The notes under the pieces were generated by a model. The model was not told where the DNA came from. It worked only from the letters and a program-made list of their open reading frames with translations, and did not search any database. The position numbers and the translations under genes are program-made. Positions 40,099 to 49,548 of a stretch of 64,000 nt of DNA are shown in pieces (the stretch's first letter is position 1; the number at the start of each line of letters is the position of its first letter). Source of the stretch: Deltaproteobacteria bacterium (GTDB taxonomy: Bacteria > Desulfobacterota > Binatia > UBA12015); NCBI GenBank assembly GCA_046583355.1, contig JAYGCM010000012.1, positions 33,208 to 97,207 on the forward strand. The letters run 5' to 3'.

Positions 40099-40758
40099 TC
40101 AAGCGGTCGCGAACTCCTGCACATCGATCTCGACCAGGGTTTTTTCCTCGCGCAGGCGTAGGCGCTCGTGAGTCATAGCGCGCGCACCCGATTTGCGCAG
40201 CGCGGTGTAGAAGTCCTTGGTGTCCACGCGGTGGGCGTCGACGATGAAAAGCCGCCCGCCCGGTGCGACGCAACCCAGCAAGGCCTCGGCGAGGCTGCTG
40301 AACTCCGCGCGCTCGTAGAGTAATTCGGCGCCCACGACGAAATCGAATTGCCGCCCGGCTAGAGCCGCACGCAGATTCCCGACAATCGTCTCGATCGCAT
40401 AAGCGTTACGCTGCGTACTCAGGCGCAGAAACTCGATCGCATCGGGGGCCCGATCTATGGCCGTGACCCGCGCGCCGGCGGCCGCTGCCGCCAGCGCGAC
40501 CACGCCGAGGCCGCAGCCGACATCCAGCACCGAGCGCCCCTCCAGGGGTTGCCGGGCGGCCCAACTCTCAGCAAAAAGCCTCGCGCCACTCCAGACCAAT
40601 GCCCAATAGGGAGGCTCGAAAGATTCGTCGCATAGCAACCGGTCTCGGTCGATATGCGATTCCAGATCCGCGACCGTGGCAAACGTCACCTGCTGCCCGC
40701 TCAGCGAAAGCGTCTCGAAGGCGACCGGGAAACCGCCGATCCGTCGTGGCTCAACCAT
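40099..40758 (-). CDS. Class I SAM methyltransferase (protein-lysine MTase-like)
   Basis: PYWALVWSGA, VLDVGCGLG, FD.VVGAELLYE. Overlaps the murJ end. Confidence 0.85.
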   Translation of the reverse strand: MVEPRRIGGFPVAFETLSLSGQQVTFATVADLESHIDRDRLLCDESFEPPYWALVWSGARLFAESWAARQPLEGRSVLDVGCGLGVVALAAAAAGARVTAIDRAPDAIEFLRLSTQRNAYAIETIVGNLRAALAGRQFDFVVGAELLYERAEFSSLAEALLGCVAPGGRLFIVDAHRVDTKDFYTALRKSGARAMTHERLRLREEKTLVEIDVQEFATA

Positions 40759-42400
40759 CGCCGCGCGAGCCGCGTCCGAGTCGCCGACGCAAAGAGCCCA
40801 CCAGCGAAACCACCTCGACCAGGCCAAGCCCGTAGCTGATCGCGCCGAAGGCTCCGGCCGCCAGCGGCAAGGCTGCCGCCACGGTCCAGAAGCGCGCCGC
40901 AAAGCTGCCCTCGGGCAGCCAGAGGAGTACCAGCGCACGCACACCGAAAGAAACCAGAGCAACCGCGACCGCACCGGCCGCAATCGGCGGCAAGACCGAG
41001 GCGAGCCCGTCGAAGCGACCGATCCGCCGGCGCAGAATCACGAAGAGGATCGCGAAATTCGTGCACGCCACCACCGAGGTCGTCAGCGCAAGCGCGACAT
41101 GCCCCATGCCGAAAACATGAATCGCGGTCCAGGCCAGTACCACGTTCACGCCAATCGAGAAGCCGCTCACCCAAGCCGGCGTACGCGCATCGCCGAGCGC
41201 GTAGAAGGCCGGCACGAGAACTTTGATATTGGCATAGCCGGCCAGCCCCAAGGCGTAGGCAATCAAGGCATTGGCCGCCATGCGCGTATCATGCGCGTCG
41301 AAGAGGCCATGCTGGTAGACGATGCCGATCACCTCAGGTGCCAGCACGGCCAGTCCCACAGCCGCCGGTATGCAGAGAGCCAGTACCAGGCGCAGAGCAC
41401 GCACGATCATCGCGCGCATGCCCTCCATATCGTCGTTGGCGACGCGCCGCGAGACCGACGGCAACGCGACCATGCCGACGGCAACGCCGAAGAGACCGAT
41501 CGGCAATTGCATGAAACGGAAGGCGACGTTCAGCCAACTGACCGCGCCATCGCCAAGCCCCGACGCAAAGCTCGTATTGACCAGGACATTCACCTGCACG
41601 GCCGCCGCGCCGAGCGTGGCCGGTCCCATAAGGCGCAGAACCTCACGCAGGCCCGGGTCGGAGAACGAGAGCATCGGGCGGTAGCGGAAGTTCACGGCGT
41701 GCAAGGACGGGAGCTGAACGAGGAGTTGCAGAAGCCCGCCAACCAGGGTGCCTATGGCCATGCCCATCATCGCGCGGGCAGCCGCCGCATTGCTATTGGC
41801 GACCCCGGCGCCGTCGCCGAAAACCGAACTCACATAATCAGGGGCGAGCCACCAGGCGCATCCCATGCCGGCGAGAATCGAGCCAAGGTTGAAAAAGCTC
41901 GACGCAGACGCCGCGACACCGAAGCGGTTGCGCGCGTTCAGCATGCCCATCGCGATGGCCGCGAGCGCCACCAGAAGAAGGAAGGGAAAGAGCAGCCGCG
42001 TAAGCTCGATGGTCAGCTCGGATTTGCCAGGCACCTCGCGGAAGCCCGGTGCGATCAGGTCCACGATCCACGGTGCGGCAAAGATCCCGAGCACGACGAT
42101 CGTGCCAACGATGAGCACAAGCGCATGGATGACCAGATTCGCCAGACGCCAGGCCGAAGCCTCGCCCTCCTTCTCGAGCTTCTTCGAGAAGGTGGTGACA
42201 AATGCCGCCGAGAGCGCTCCCTCGGCGAAAAGGTCGCGAAAGAGGTTGGGAATCCGGAAGGCTGTGACGAAGGCATCGAGCTCCCGGCCGGCGCCGAAGA
42301 GGCCGGCAAAGATCTGCTCACGCACTAAACCAAGCAGCCGACTGGCGAGCACGGCGGCCCCGACCACGCCGGTCGAGCGCACCAGTTTTTCATCCGCCAC
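40751..42400 (-). CDS. murJ: Lipid II flippase MurJ
   Basis: SRLLGLVRE, DAFVTAFRIPNLFRDLFAEGALSAAFV, RFMQLPIG.FGV. Confidence 0.95.
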   Translation of the reverse strand: MADEKLVRSTGVVGAAVLASRLLGLVREQIFAGLFGAGRELDAFVTAFRIPNLFRDLFAEGALSAAFVTTFSKKLEKEGEASAWRLANLVIHALVLIVGTIVVLGIFAAPWIVDLIAPGFREVPGKSELTIELTRLLFPFLLLVALAAIAMGMLNARNRFGVAASASSFFNLGSILAGMGCAWWLAPDYVSSVFGDGAGVANSNAAAARAMMGMAIGTLVGGLLQLLVQLPSLHAVNFRYRPMLSFSDPGLREVLRLMGPATLGAAAVQVNVLVNTSFASGLGDGAVSWLNVAFRFMQLPIGLFGVAVGMVALPSVSRRVANDDMEGMRAMIVRALRLVLALCIPAAVGLAVLAPEVIGIVYQHGLFDAHDTRMAANALIAYALGLAGYANIKVLVPAFYALGDARTPAWVSGFSIGVNVVLAWTAIHVFGMGHVALALTTSVVACTNFAILFVILRRRIGRFDGLASVLPPIAAGAVAVALVSFGVRALVLLWLPEGSFAARFWTVAAALPLAAGAFGAISYGLGLVEVVSLVGSLRRRLGRGSRGDG

Positions 42401-42447
42401 AGGCACCCCCCTTGACACTACGGCTCTGCAGCGCTGGTATCGAGGCC

Positions 42448-42732
42448 ATGTTCGGACTCGGTGTACCGGAACTCATTGTCATTCTCGTCGTAGTGCTTCT
42501 CATCTTCGGGCCCAAAAAGCTGCCCGAGCTGGGAAGTTTCATCGGCCGCTCTTTGAAGGACTTCCGTGAAGCGCTCGACCAGCGCGACCACGAGGCCGAC
42601 GAAAAGCAAAGCCCGCCAGAGCCACCTCCCGAGGTCATCGTGACCGCCGAGACGACCGTGCCCCCGCCAGAGCCGACCACGACCGAAGCCCCGCCAGCCG
42701 CGACCGACGACAAAACCAAGACATCCTCATGA
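42448..42732 (+). CDS. tatA: Twin-arginine translocase TatA/E
   Basis: MFGLGVPELIVILVVVLLIFGPKKLPELG, Pro/Thr-rich tail. Confidence 0.92.
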   Translation: MFGLGVPELIVILVVVLLIFGPKKLPELGSFIGRSLKDFREALDQRDHEADEKQSPPEPPPEVIVTAETTVPPPEPTTTEAPPAATDDKTKTSS

Positions 42733-43055
42733 GTGCCTTGCAGATCCGCTCGCAGAGCCCGATGGGGCGCTATGCTCTGAACATCCATTGGACCGACGGA
42801 CACGAATCGATCCTGCCCTTGCGCAGCCTGCGGGCGCATTGCCCCTGCGAGGCCTGCGCAGCAATCCGCGCCGAGGAGGAGCAGCCGCCCGGCTCGCCGG
42901 AAATTGCTCTGCTCTCGTCCGAGGAGATCGGCGAGGACAATATCTACCTGAATTGGTCGGACGGACACGAGACTTGGTACCTGCTGCGAGAATTGCGCTC
43001 GCTTTGTCGCTGCGCTTTTTGCGTCGGCGAGCCCGAGCGCCCGATTACCGGCTGA
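42729..43055 (+). CDS. DUF971 (GBBH-like N-terminal) protein with two Cys-rich half-repeats
   Basis: W.DGH....L..LR..CPCEAC and W.DGH....L..LR..CRCAFC. Confidence 0.8.
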   Translation: MSALQIRSQSPMGRYALNIHWTDGHESILPLRSLRAHCPCEACAAIRAEEEQPPGSPEIALLSSEEIGEDNIYLNWSDGHETWYLLRELRSLCRCAFCVGEPERPITG

Positions 43056-43199
43056 AGGCCCGCACGCCGAGCCCGTCGCTCCCGCCGCCAACCGTGCCCT
43101 GCCCTGCGGTGCAACCCCACCCCTCATACGCTACCGATGGGATCGGATAGCATAGGGTTTCCGCGCCTTGAAACGGCGCCGCGTCAAAGGAAAGTATCA

Positions 43200-43817
43200 G
43201 TGCCTCTTCTCGTTCTTCTCCGCCACGGCCAATCACAATGGAATCTTGAGAACCGCTTCACCGGGTGGGAAGACGTCCCGCTTACCGAGCAGGGGCGCAC
43301 CGAGGCGCGCGGCGCCGGCGCGCGCCTTTTGGCCGAGAAGATCACCTTCGACCGCTGCTATACCTCCAAGCTGCAGCGCGCCCAGGAGACGCTTACACTG
43401 GCGCTCGAAGAGCTTGGCGCAAGCGAGTTGCCGATCACCCGCGCGGAAGCTCTGAACGAGCGCCATTACGGCGACCTCCAGGGCCTCGGCAAGGCCGAGA
43501 CCGCGGCAAAATACGGCGACGAACAGGTGCTGATCTGGCGCCGCAGCTTCGACGTGCCGCCGCCCGGCGGTGAGAGCCTGAAAGATACGGCCGCGCGCAC
43601 GCTGCCCTGGTTTGCCGCCAACGTCATGCAAGAGGTCCGTGGCGGAGGCGATATCCTGGTCGCCGCGCACGGCAACAGCCTGCGCGCCATCGTAATGGAT
43701 CTCGAGAAGCTCACGCCCACCGAAATCCTCAAGGTAAATATCGGTACCGGCATCCCGCTGGTCTACGAGATCGCCGCCGACGGCTCGGTCACGTCGAAGC
43801 GAATCCTCGAGGCCTGA
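43200..43817 (+). CDS. gpmA: 2,3-BPG-dependent phosphoglycerate mutase
   Basis: [43 protein letters not shown]. Confidence 0.95.
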   Translation: MPLLVLLRHGQSQWNLENRFTGWEDVPLTEQGRTEARGAGARLLAEKITFDRCYTSKLQRAQETLTLALEELGASELPITRAEALNERHYGDLQGLGKAETAAKYGDEQVLIWRRSFDVPPPGGESLKDTAARTLPWFAANVMQEVRGGGDILVAAHGNSLRAIVMDLEKLTPTEILKVNIGTGIPLVYEIAADGSVTSKRILEA

Positions 43818-43905
43818 ACAGGCCGCCCTCGCAGCGGGCCTCGGCTGTCCGTGCGGCGGCTCTCGGGGCGAGCCTGCGCGGGCCACTGCCCGCGCTCAGG
43901 CCGGC

Positions 43906-45795
43906 TCAGGCGCCCAGGCGCGTGAGGAGTGCGCCCAGCAACTGCGTAGCATCACCGACAATCCCCAGATCGGCGGCAGCGAAAATCGCCGCGCTTGGAT
44001 CTGTGTTGATGCCGATCACCGTGCCCGCACGGCGGATGCCCACGGTATGGTTGAACGAGCCGCGCACGCCGAAGCCGAGATAGACATCGGGCGCAATCGA
44101 GCGGCCCGAAAGGCCGACCTGCACCTGACGCGCGAGCCAACCCAGGTCGCAGACGCGGCGCGTCGCGCAGACCGTACCCCCGAGCGCCGTGGCCAGGCGC
44201 GCGAGGTCGCCCATATGCTCGGCCCCGCCCATGCCGAAGCCGGCGCAGACGACAATGCGCGCCTCTTCCAGATCCGCCCCGGCCGAATCGGTCTCGGACT
44301 CAAAGTTGAGCCAGCGCGCCTGCGGCCCGCCAGGTGACGGGGCAACGCGCAGCTCGGTGGCCGGGGCGCGCGTGGCGTCGGCCAGCGCCGGCTCGAGCAC
44401 TCCGGCGCGCAGGGTCGCGAAGGCCGGCTGCGTACGTGAGCGAATCGGCGCGATGAGCTGACCACCGAAGGCAGGCTTGAGCGCCAACAAGACGCCGCCG
44501 GATTCCACTTCGATGCCGATGGCGTCGCCGGTCAGCCCGAGTCCCAGCCGGGCGGCCACCATCGGCAGCTGATCGCGGCCGAGCGATGTCGCCGGGCCGA
44601 GCAGAACCGAAGGCGAGAATTCCACGATCGCGGCCTCGAGTGCAGCCAGCCCGGCCAGACCCGGCAGCTCCTCGCCGCCACCGCGCAGCCAGAGATCGGC
44701 GCCAAGAGCGCCCAACTGAACGGCGAGTTCCGTATCGGACGCCAACGCGGCGCGCGGTGCTCCGTCGGGTAATGGCGGCGCCTGCAGGACCACCAGCACG
44801 GCGCAACTCTGGCGTGCCGCCAGCTTGTCGGCGGCGCCCAGCAACTCGGCGGTAACCGCACGCAGACTGCCGTTCTGCGCAAGCTCGCCCACCACGAAAA
44901 TACCACCGCGCGGATCGGCGACCGGCGTGTGGCTCGGCACCAGGCCGCGCGGCCGTCCTGCGGCGGCTTGGCGCGCCTGATCGAGCTCGTGCACGATCGC
45001 ATCGACGGCGGCCTCGAGCGAATCGTCAGCCTGCACCACCACGCCGCGGCGTTGGAGTGTGACCGGCCGCACCTCGTCGACCGATGTGGGTGAGCCGGCC
45101 ACACCGTAGTCGCTCGCGTCGCCGCGCAGATCCGCGACGCCGAGAACCCGGACCTCCCCCTGGGCGCCGGCCTCCTCGTCGGGAAGGCGCCGGGGAATCC
45201 GCGTCTTCCAGCGGTCGGTGCAGGTGACGACGGCCGGCAGCGGCGCCTCGACCTCACCGGCACCCTCGTCGCTCTCGCATTCGGCGCGCGCAAGAAAGCC
45301 GCGCTCGGTGCCCGCCGTGGCCTCGACCGTGAGCCGGCGCGCGCCGGGAATCAGATACGTGCCGAGCAAGGCCGCGAGCTCACCCGGCACCTGGCCGGTC
45401 TCGGAATCAATACTGTAGCGACCCGCGAGAATCAGATCCGGCTGGAGCTCTTCGAGCGCATGCGCGAGCGCGCGCGCGGTGGCCAGCGTATCAGCACCGG
45501 CAAAGCCACGATCGCTCAGATGGACAGCCTCGTCGAAGCCGATCGCCAGGCATTCGCGCAGGACCGACTCGGCCGCCGGCGGCCCCATCGTCAAAGCGAT
45601 GAGATGCCCGCCGCCCAGATCCTCGCGAATCCGACATGCTTCGAGCGACGCGCGGCGGTCGAAGGGATTCATCAGGAGCTCGACGCCCTCGCGTTGCAGC
45701 CGTCCGGTCGCCGGGTCGATGGCCTGCTCGGTTACCTCAGGAACCTGCTTGAGAAGAACGGCGATGCGGATCGGCGCGCCACCCGGTGCGGCCAT
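43906..45795 (-). CDS. Fused electron transfer flavoprotein beta+alpha
   Basis: N-half KQVP, NPFD, GADTLATA (ETF-beta). C-half KPAFGG, L.EA.IVV..G.G, QVGLSG..IAP..Y...GV.G..NH.VGI, IN.D..A.IF..AD.GIVGD (ETF-alpha). Confidence 0.9.
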   Translation of the reverse strand: MAAPGGAPIRIAVLLKQVPEVTEQAIDPATGRLQREGVELLMNPFDRRASLEACRIREDLGGGHLIALTMGPPAAESVLRECLAIGFDEAVHLSDRGFAGADTLATARALAHALEELQPDLILAGRYSIDSETGQVPGELAALLGTYLIPGARRLTVEATAGTERGFLARAECESDEGAGEVEAPLPAVVTCTDRWKTRIPRRLPDEEAGAQGEVRVLGVADLRGDASDYGVAGSPTSVDEVRPVTLQRRGVVVQADDSLEAAVDAIVHELDQARQAAAGRPRGLVPSHTPVADPRGGIFVVGELAQNGSLRAVTAELLGAADKLAARQSCAVLVVLQAPPLPDGAPRAALASDTELAVQLGALGADLWLRGGGEELPGLAGLAALEAAIVEFSPSVLLGPATSLGRDQLPMVAARLGLGLTGDAIGIEVESGGVLLALKPAFGGQLIAPIRSRTQPAFATLRAGVLEPALADATRAPATELRVAPSPGGPQARWLNFESETDSAGADLEEARIVVCAGFGMGGAEHMGDLARLATALGGTVCATRRVCDLGWLARQVQVGLSGRSIAPDVYLGFGVRGSFNHTVGIRRAGTVIGINTDPSAAIFAAADLGIVGDATQLLGALLTRLGA

Positions 45796-47072
45796 CAAGC
45801 CACCGGCTCCAGCAATTCCTCACCACCGAGATACGAACGCAGCACCTCGGGCACGACAACGCTGCCGTCTTTTTGCTGATAGGTTTCCAGAACCGCGATG
45901 ACGATGCGCGGCAAGGCCAGCCCCGAGCCGTTGAGCGTATGGACGAACTCCGGTCGGGCGCCTTTTTCGGGCCGATAGCGGATCTCAGCCCGGCGCGCCT
46001 GGAAGTCGCGGAAGTTCGCGCACGAACTCACCTCGAGCCACTCATCGCTGCCCGGCGCCCATACGTCGATATCATATTTGATTGCGGCGACGAAACTGAG
46101 ATCGCCAGTGCACATCTGGATCACACGGTAGGTAAGTCCGAGCCGACGGCAAACCTCTTCGGCATCGTTCAAGAGCGAGAGCAGCTCAGCGTCAGATGTC
46201 TCCGGGCGTACGAATTTCACCATCTCGACCTTGTCGAATTGATGCCCGCGTTTGATGCCACGCACATCGCGCCCGGCCGACATCTTCTCACGGCGGAAAC
46301 ACGGCGAGTAGGCGACATGGCGAATCGGCAGATCCGCACCGTCCAGAATTTCTTCGCGGTAGAGGTTCGTCACCGGCACCTCGGCCGTCGGCACCCACCA
46401 ATGCTCACCTTCGATATCGCGGTAGAGATTCTCCGCGAATTTGGGCAGGTTCCCCGTCCCGACCAGACATTCCTCGCGCACCATGGCCGGAGGATAGATC
46501 TCGATATAGCCGTGCTCGCGCGTATGCAGGTCAAGCATGAAGCTGATCAAGGCACGCTGCAGGCGCGCCCCCGGTCCTTTCAGAACATAGAAGCGCGAAC
46601 CCGAAATCTTCACCCCACGCTCGAAGTCGATCGCGCCAAGCGCTGGTCCGATCTCCCAATGCGGCCGCGCAGGGAAATCGAATTCGGCCTTAGCGCCCTC
46701 GGTCCGCAGCACGACATTCTGCGAATCATCTGCGCCCACCGGCACATCGTCATGCGGCAGATTCGGGATCTCAAGCATCAGGCCCGAAAATGCCTTGCCC
46801 GCCTCGCCGGCCGCCGACTCCAGTTCCGAGATTTCCGCCCCCAGAGAACCGAGAGCCGCACCGGCCGCCTTGCGCTCCTCGGCCGGCAATTTGCCGATCT
46901 CCTTGGAGCGCCGCGTGCGCTCGGCGCGCAAGGTCTCCAGCGCATGCAAAGCCTCGCGACGGCGCGTATCCAGGGCAAGCACCTGGTCGATCAAGGCGGG
47001 GTCCGCCTGCACCTTGCGCAGACCCTCACGACAGACTTCGGGCGATTCACGGATCAGACGAATATCGAGCAT
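45795..47072 (-). CDS. serS: Serine--tRNA ligase
   Basis: MLDIRLIR, PTAEVP, CFRRE, HQFDKVEMV, EVSSC.N..DFQARR, HTLNGSGLA. Confidence 0.97.
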   Translation of the reverse strand: MLDIRLIRESPEVCREGLRKVQADPALIDQVLALDTRRREALHALETLRAERTRRSKEIGKLPAEERKAAGAALGSLGAEISELESAAGEAGKAFSGLMLEIPNLPHDDVPVGADDSQNVVLRTEGAKAEFDFPARPHWEIGPALGAIDFERGVKISGSRFYVLKGPGARLQRALISFMLDLHTREHGYIEIYPPAMVREECLVGTGNLPKFAENLYRDIEGEHWWVPTAEVPVTNLYREEILDGADLPIRHVAYSPCFRREKMSAGRDVRGIKRGHQFDKVEMVKFVRPETSDAELLSLLNDAEEVCRRLGLTYRVIQMCTGDLSFVAAIKYDIDVWAPGSDEWLEVSSCANFRDFQARRAEIRYRPEKGARPEFVHTLNGSGLALPRIVIAVLETYQQKDGSVVVPEVLRSYLGGEELLEPVA

Positions 47073-47158
47073 CTCCCTCTCGTCGTAAACGCCGGGGAGG
47101 AAAGTGCAACGTCAGCCCCCACGGCATCGGCAGGCCCGGCCGCAAGCGGCGCCCGGAG

Positions 47159-47545
47159 TCACCAGATGCGCGTCACCCCGAAATGATCGAATAGCTTCTC
47201 ATTGGAGACCAAAGGGACATCCTCCAACTGACTTTGCGCGATCAGCATCCGGTCGAAGGGATCCCGATGTGGGATCGCCAGGCCGCCGGCACGCTGTGCG
47301 TGCGCAACGGAGACGCCCAGTGGTTCAAACTTCTGCGAGGCGATCGCGCCGCCAATATCGTCCGCGATGGAGGCCGCCCCTGGCAGTTTTCCCAGCCGCA
47401 CCTTGGTCGCGATCTCCCATACCGATGCGGCACTCACGAAGACTACGGTCGTAGGATCGTCGACAATACGGCGAACCGACGCCTTGAGCTTCCGATCCCC
47501 GGCCAACCACCAGAGAAAGGCGTGTGTATCCAGCAGTACTCGCAT
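47159..47545 (-). CDS. vapC: Type II toxin, VapC (PIN domain)
   Basis: LLDTHAFLW, VSAASVWEI..K...GKL, HRDPFDRMLIAQ. Confidence 0.92.
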   Translation of the reverse strand: MRVLLDTHAFLWWLAGDRKLKASVRRIVDDPTTVVFVSAASVWEIATKVRLGKLPGAASIADDIGGAIASQKFEPLGVSVAHAQRAGGLAIPHRDPFDRMLIAQSQLEDVPLVSNEKLFDHFGVTRIW

Positions 47546-47559
47546 CAGCGCGACGCCGA

Positions 47560-47793
47560 TCAGGACTCCCAGGCCTTGAGTTCCTCGGAGGGCAGCGGAT
47601 CAAAGAAAGAATCGTCCACGACGACACGACCACGCATCGCTCCGAAGCGCCGTTCGGCTGGCGGACGATCGATCGGCACCAAGCGCACAACCGGTTCCCG
47701 ACCGCGGGCAATTACAACTTCCTCGCCCGCACAAGCCTTCTCAATGAGCCTGGAGAGATTCGTCTTGGCCTGATGAATGGGTATGGGTTTCAT
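47560..47793 (-). CDS. Type II antitoxin, Phd/YefM family
   Basis: IHQAKTNLSRLIE....GEEVVIAR...PVVRLVP, FFDPLP.EEL. Confidence 0.92.
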   Translation of the reverse strand: MKPIPIHQAKTNLSRLIEKACAGEEVVIARGREPVVRLVPIDRPPAERRFGAMRGRVVVDDSFFDPLPSEELKAWES

Positions 47794-47814
47794 TAGCCAG
47801 ACCAACTTAGCCAG
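47793..47814 (-). promoter_or_regulatory. Candidate TA autoregulatory operator
   Basis: Direct repeat TTAGCCAG at 47793-47800 and 47807-47814, abutting the antitoxin start codon. Confidence 0.4.
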
Positions 47815-47935
47815 GTTCAGATGTAGAAGCAAGACGGTTCCCACTCTGGCTTCTCGCCCCGAATCGGTGGCACGGGCGACCCCCTCCTGGGCCAGCGGCG
47901 AAGGACCTCCGCGCCCGGCGCGAGACCGAAGCCAC

Positions 47936-48358
47936 TCATCGGGGGCTGCGGAAGGCATTGACGACCAGGGAAAAGACCGGGCGCCCCCTCTCCCAGAGGA
48001 CGCCAACCACGTCGAAGCGGGACCGAGACAAGCGGCGGCGACCCACTTGGAGCCACGCATCCGCGACCCGGGCGATGCGCGTCTGCTTGCGCCAATCGAC
48101 CGAATCGACCGGATTGCCGAAGCGAGTATTGGAGCGCGAACGAACCTCGATGAAGACGAAGCAGTCGTCATGCACCGCGATCAGGTCGATCTCGGCACCC
48201 GCCAACCGCACATTGCGCTCCAGCAAGCGGTAGCCCCGCTCGGCCAGCCATCGCGCCGCCGCCTCCTCGGCGGCCCGCCCGCGCGGCACCCGCGGGTCGG
48301 GTCGTTTGGCTGAAGGTGGAGAGATCGACGACTTCGCCCGAGGCTTCCGGTGCATCAT
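47936..48358 (-). CDS. YraN (UPF0102) family endonuclease-like protein
   Basis: G..AE..A..WL...GY.LLERN.R....EIDLIA, FIEVRSR, RFDVV. Confidence 0.9.
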   Translation of the reverse strand: MMHRKPRAKSSISPPSAKRPDPRVPRGRAAEEAAARWLAERGYRLLERNVRLAGAEIDLIAVHDDCFVFIEVRSRSNTRFGNPVDSVDWRKQTRIARVADAWLQVGRRRLSRSRFDVVGVLWERGRPVFSLVVNAFRSPR

Positions 48359-48486
48359 CGCCAGACCCTCTCGCGACAAGGAACCCCCATCAAGGGGGCG
48401 CCGTACCCGACAGCAGACAATAATTGCCCCCCCAGCACGGCCCAGCGGGCCCCGCGCGTTGCAATGAATTTTGGTACAGATAGAAA

Positions 48487-49287
48487 ATGGCAACGATCTG
48501 CGAAAGCACGCCCGCGACCACCTATTACGAGCGCCTCAGCATGAGCGATCCGTAATTTCTGATGTGTGAAGAGCCCAATACCCCGATGCATGTCGGCGCG
48601 CTCATGCTGCTGGAGCGAGGCAAACTCGGCAAAACCGGAGGCGGCGTCGATATCGGGAAATTCCGCAAGGGCGTCGAAGGCGTGCTGCATCAGGTGCCGC
48701 GTTTCCGCCGATTCTTTATCGGCCGCGGACTCGACCCGGCGAGATCCCCTGTCACCTCCTCGGTGCCGGTGAATATCCGTACCAGCGACGACCCCGCACT
48801 CGGCAACCAGGTTTCGGCCTGGATGGTCGACCTTCCTATTGACGAAGGCGACGCCGCAAGCCGGCTCCAATGAGTGATGAAAATCACCGCGCATTTGAAG
48901 AATACCGATCAGGCGCTGGCCGTACGCCTGATGATGCGCATGATCGAATTCGGACCGACATCCATGCTCTCGCTCGCCGCGCGCGCGCAGGACGGCTTGG
49001 CCGATACCTTCGTCACGAATATACCCGGCCCGCAATTCCCACTCTACCTCTTCGGCGCACGGATGAAGGCGATGCTGCCACAAGTGCCATTGCTGCGCGG
49101 CATGGCATTGGCCATTGGCCTCATGAGCTACGATGGCAACGTCTGCTGGGGCCTCACGGCGGACTCGAAACTGGTGCCCGATTTGCCGCAATTTCGCGAG
49201 GCTCTAATCGAATCCTACGAAGAGATTTGCACCGCCCAGGGCGTCGAGCTCGACCGCGACGCTCTGGCGTCACGGACCTGGCGCTAA
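48487..49287 (+). pseudogene. Wax ester synthase/diacylglycerol acyltransferase (WS/DGAT) pseudogene
   Basis: Single frame: YERLS..D*FL..E..NTPMHVG...VPRFR|R...VPVNIR...GNQVS...RLQ*...VTNIPGPQ.PLY..GA...SYDG. Stops TAA at 48553 and TGA at 48871. The HHxxxDG region is deleted. Confidence 0.85.
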
Positions 49288-49548
49288 CACCGCGCCCCGC
49301 CCGATCAGCTCGAAAACCTTGTTCGTCCCGACACCCCAGTACTCTCAAATGTGGGTGTCGGCCGCACCTCGCTTCGACAGTTTTCGCTGGGCTCCTAACG
49401 CGATCTGCCTCGCGAAAAAATACCTGACGACCACAGCCGAGGCGAAAGGCAGACCGAACTATGCCCCATCAAACGGGCAAGGAAGCGATCGGCCTGCGAG
49501 TCTCGTCGCGGTTACCCCGGCAGATCTGCGTGCCGGATTGCTGCATTC

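Noticed and set aside
48871..48873. In-frame TGA as possible selenocysteine or readthrough
   Set aside because: The same gene also has a TAA stop and lacks its catalytic motif, so pseudogenisation is simpler.
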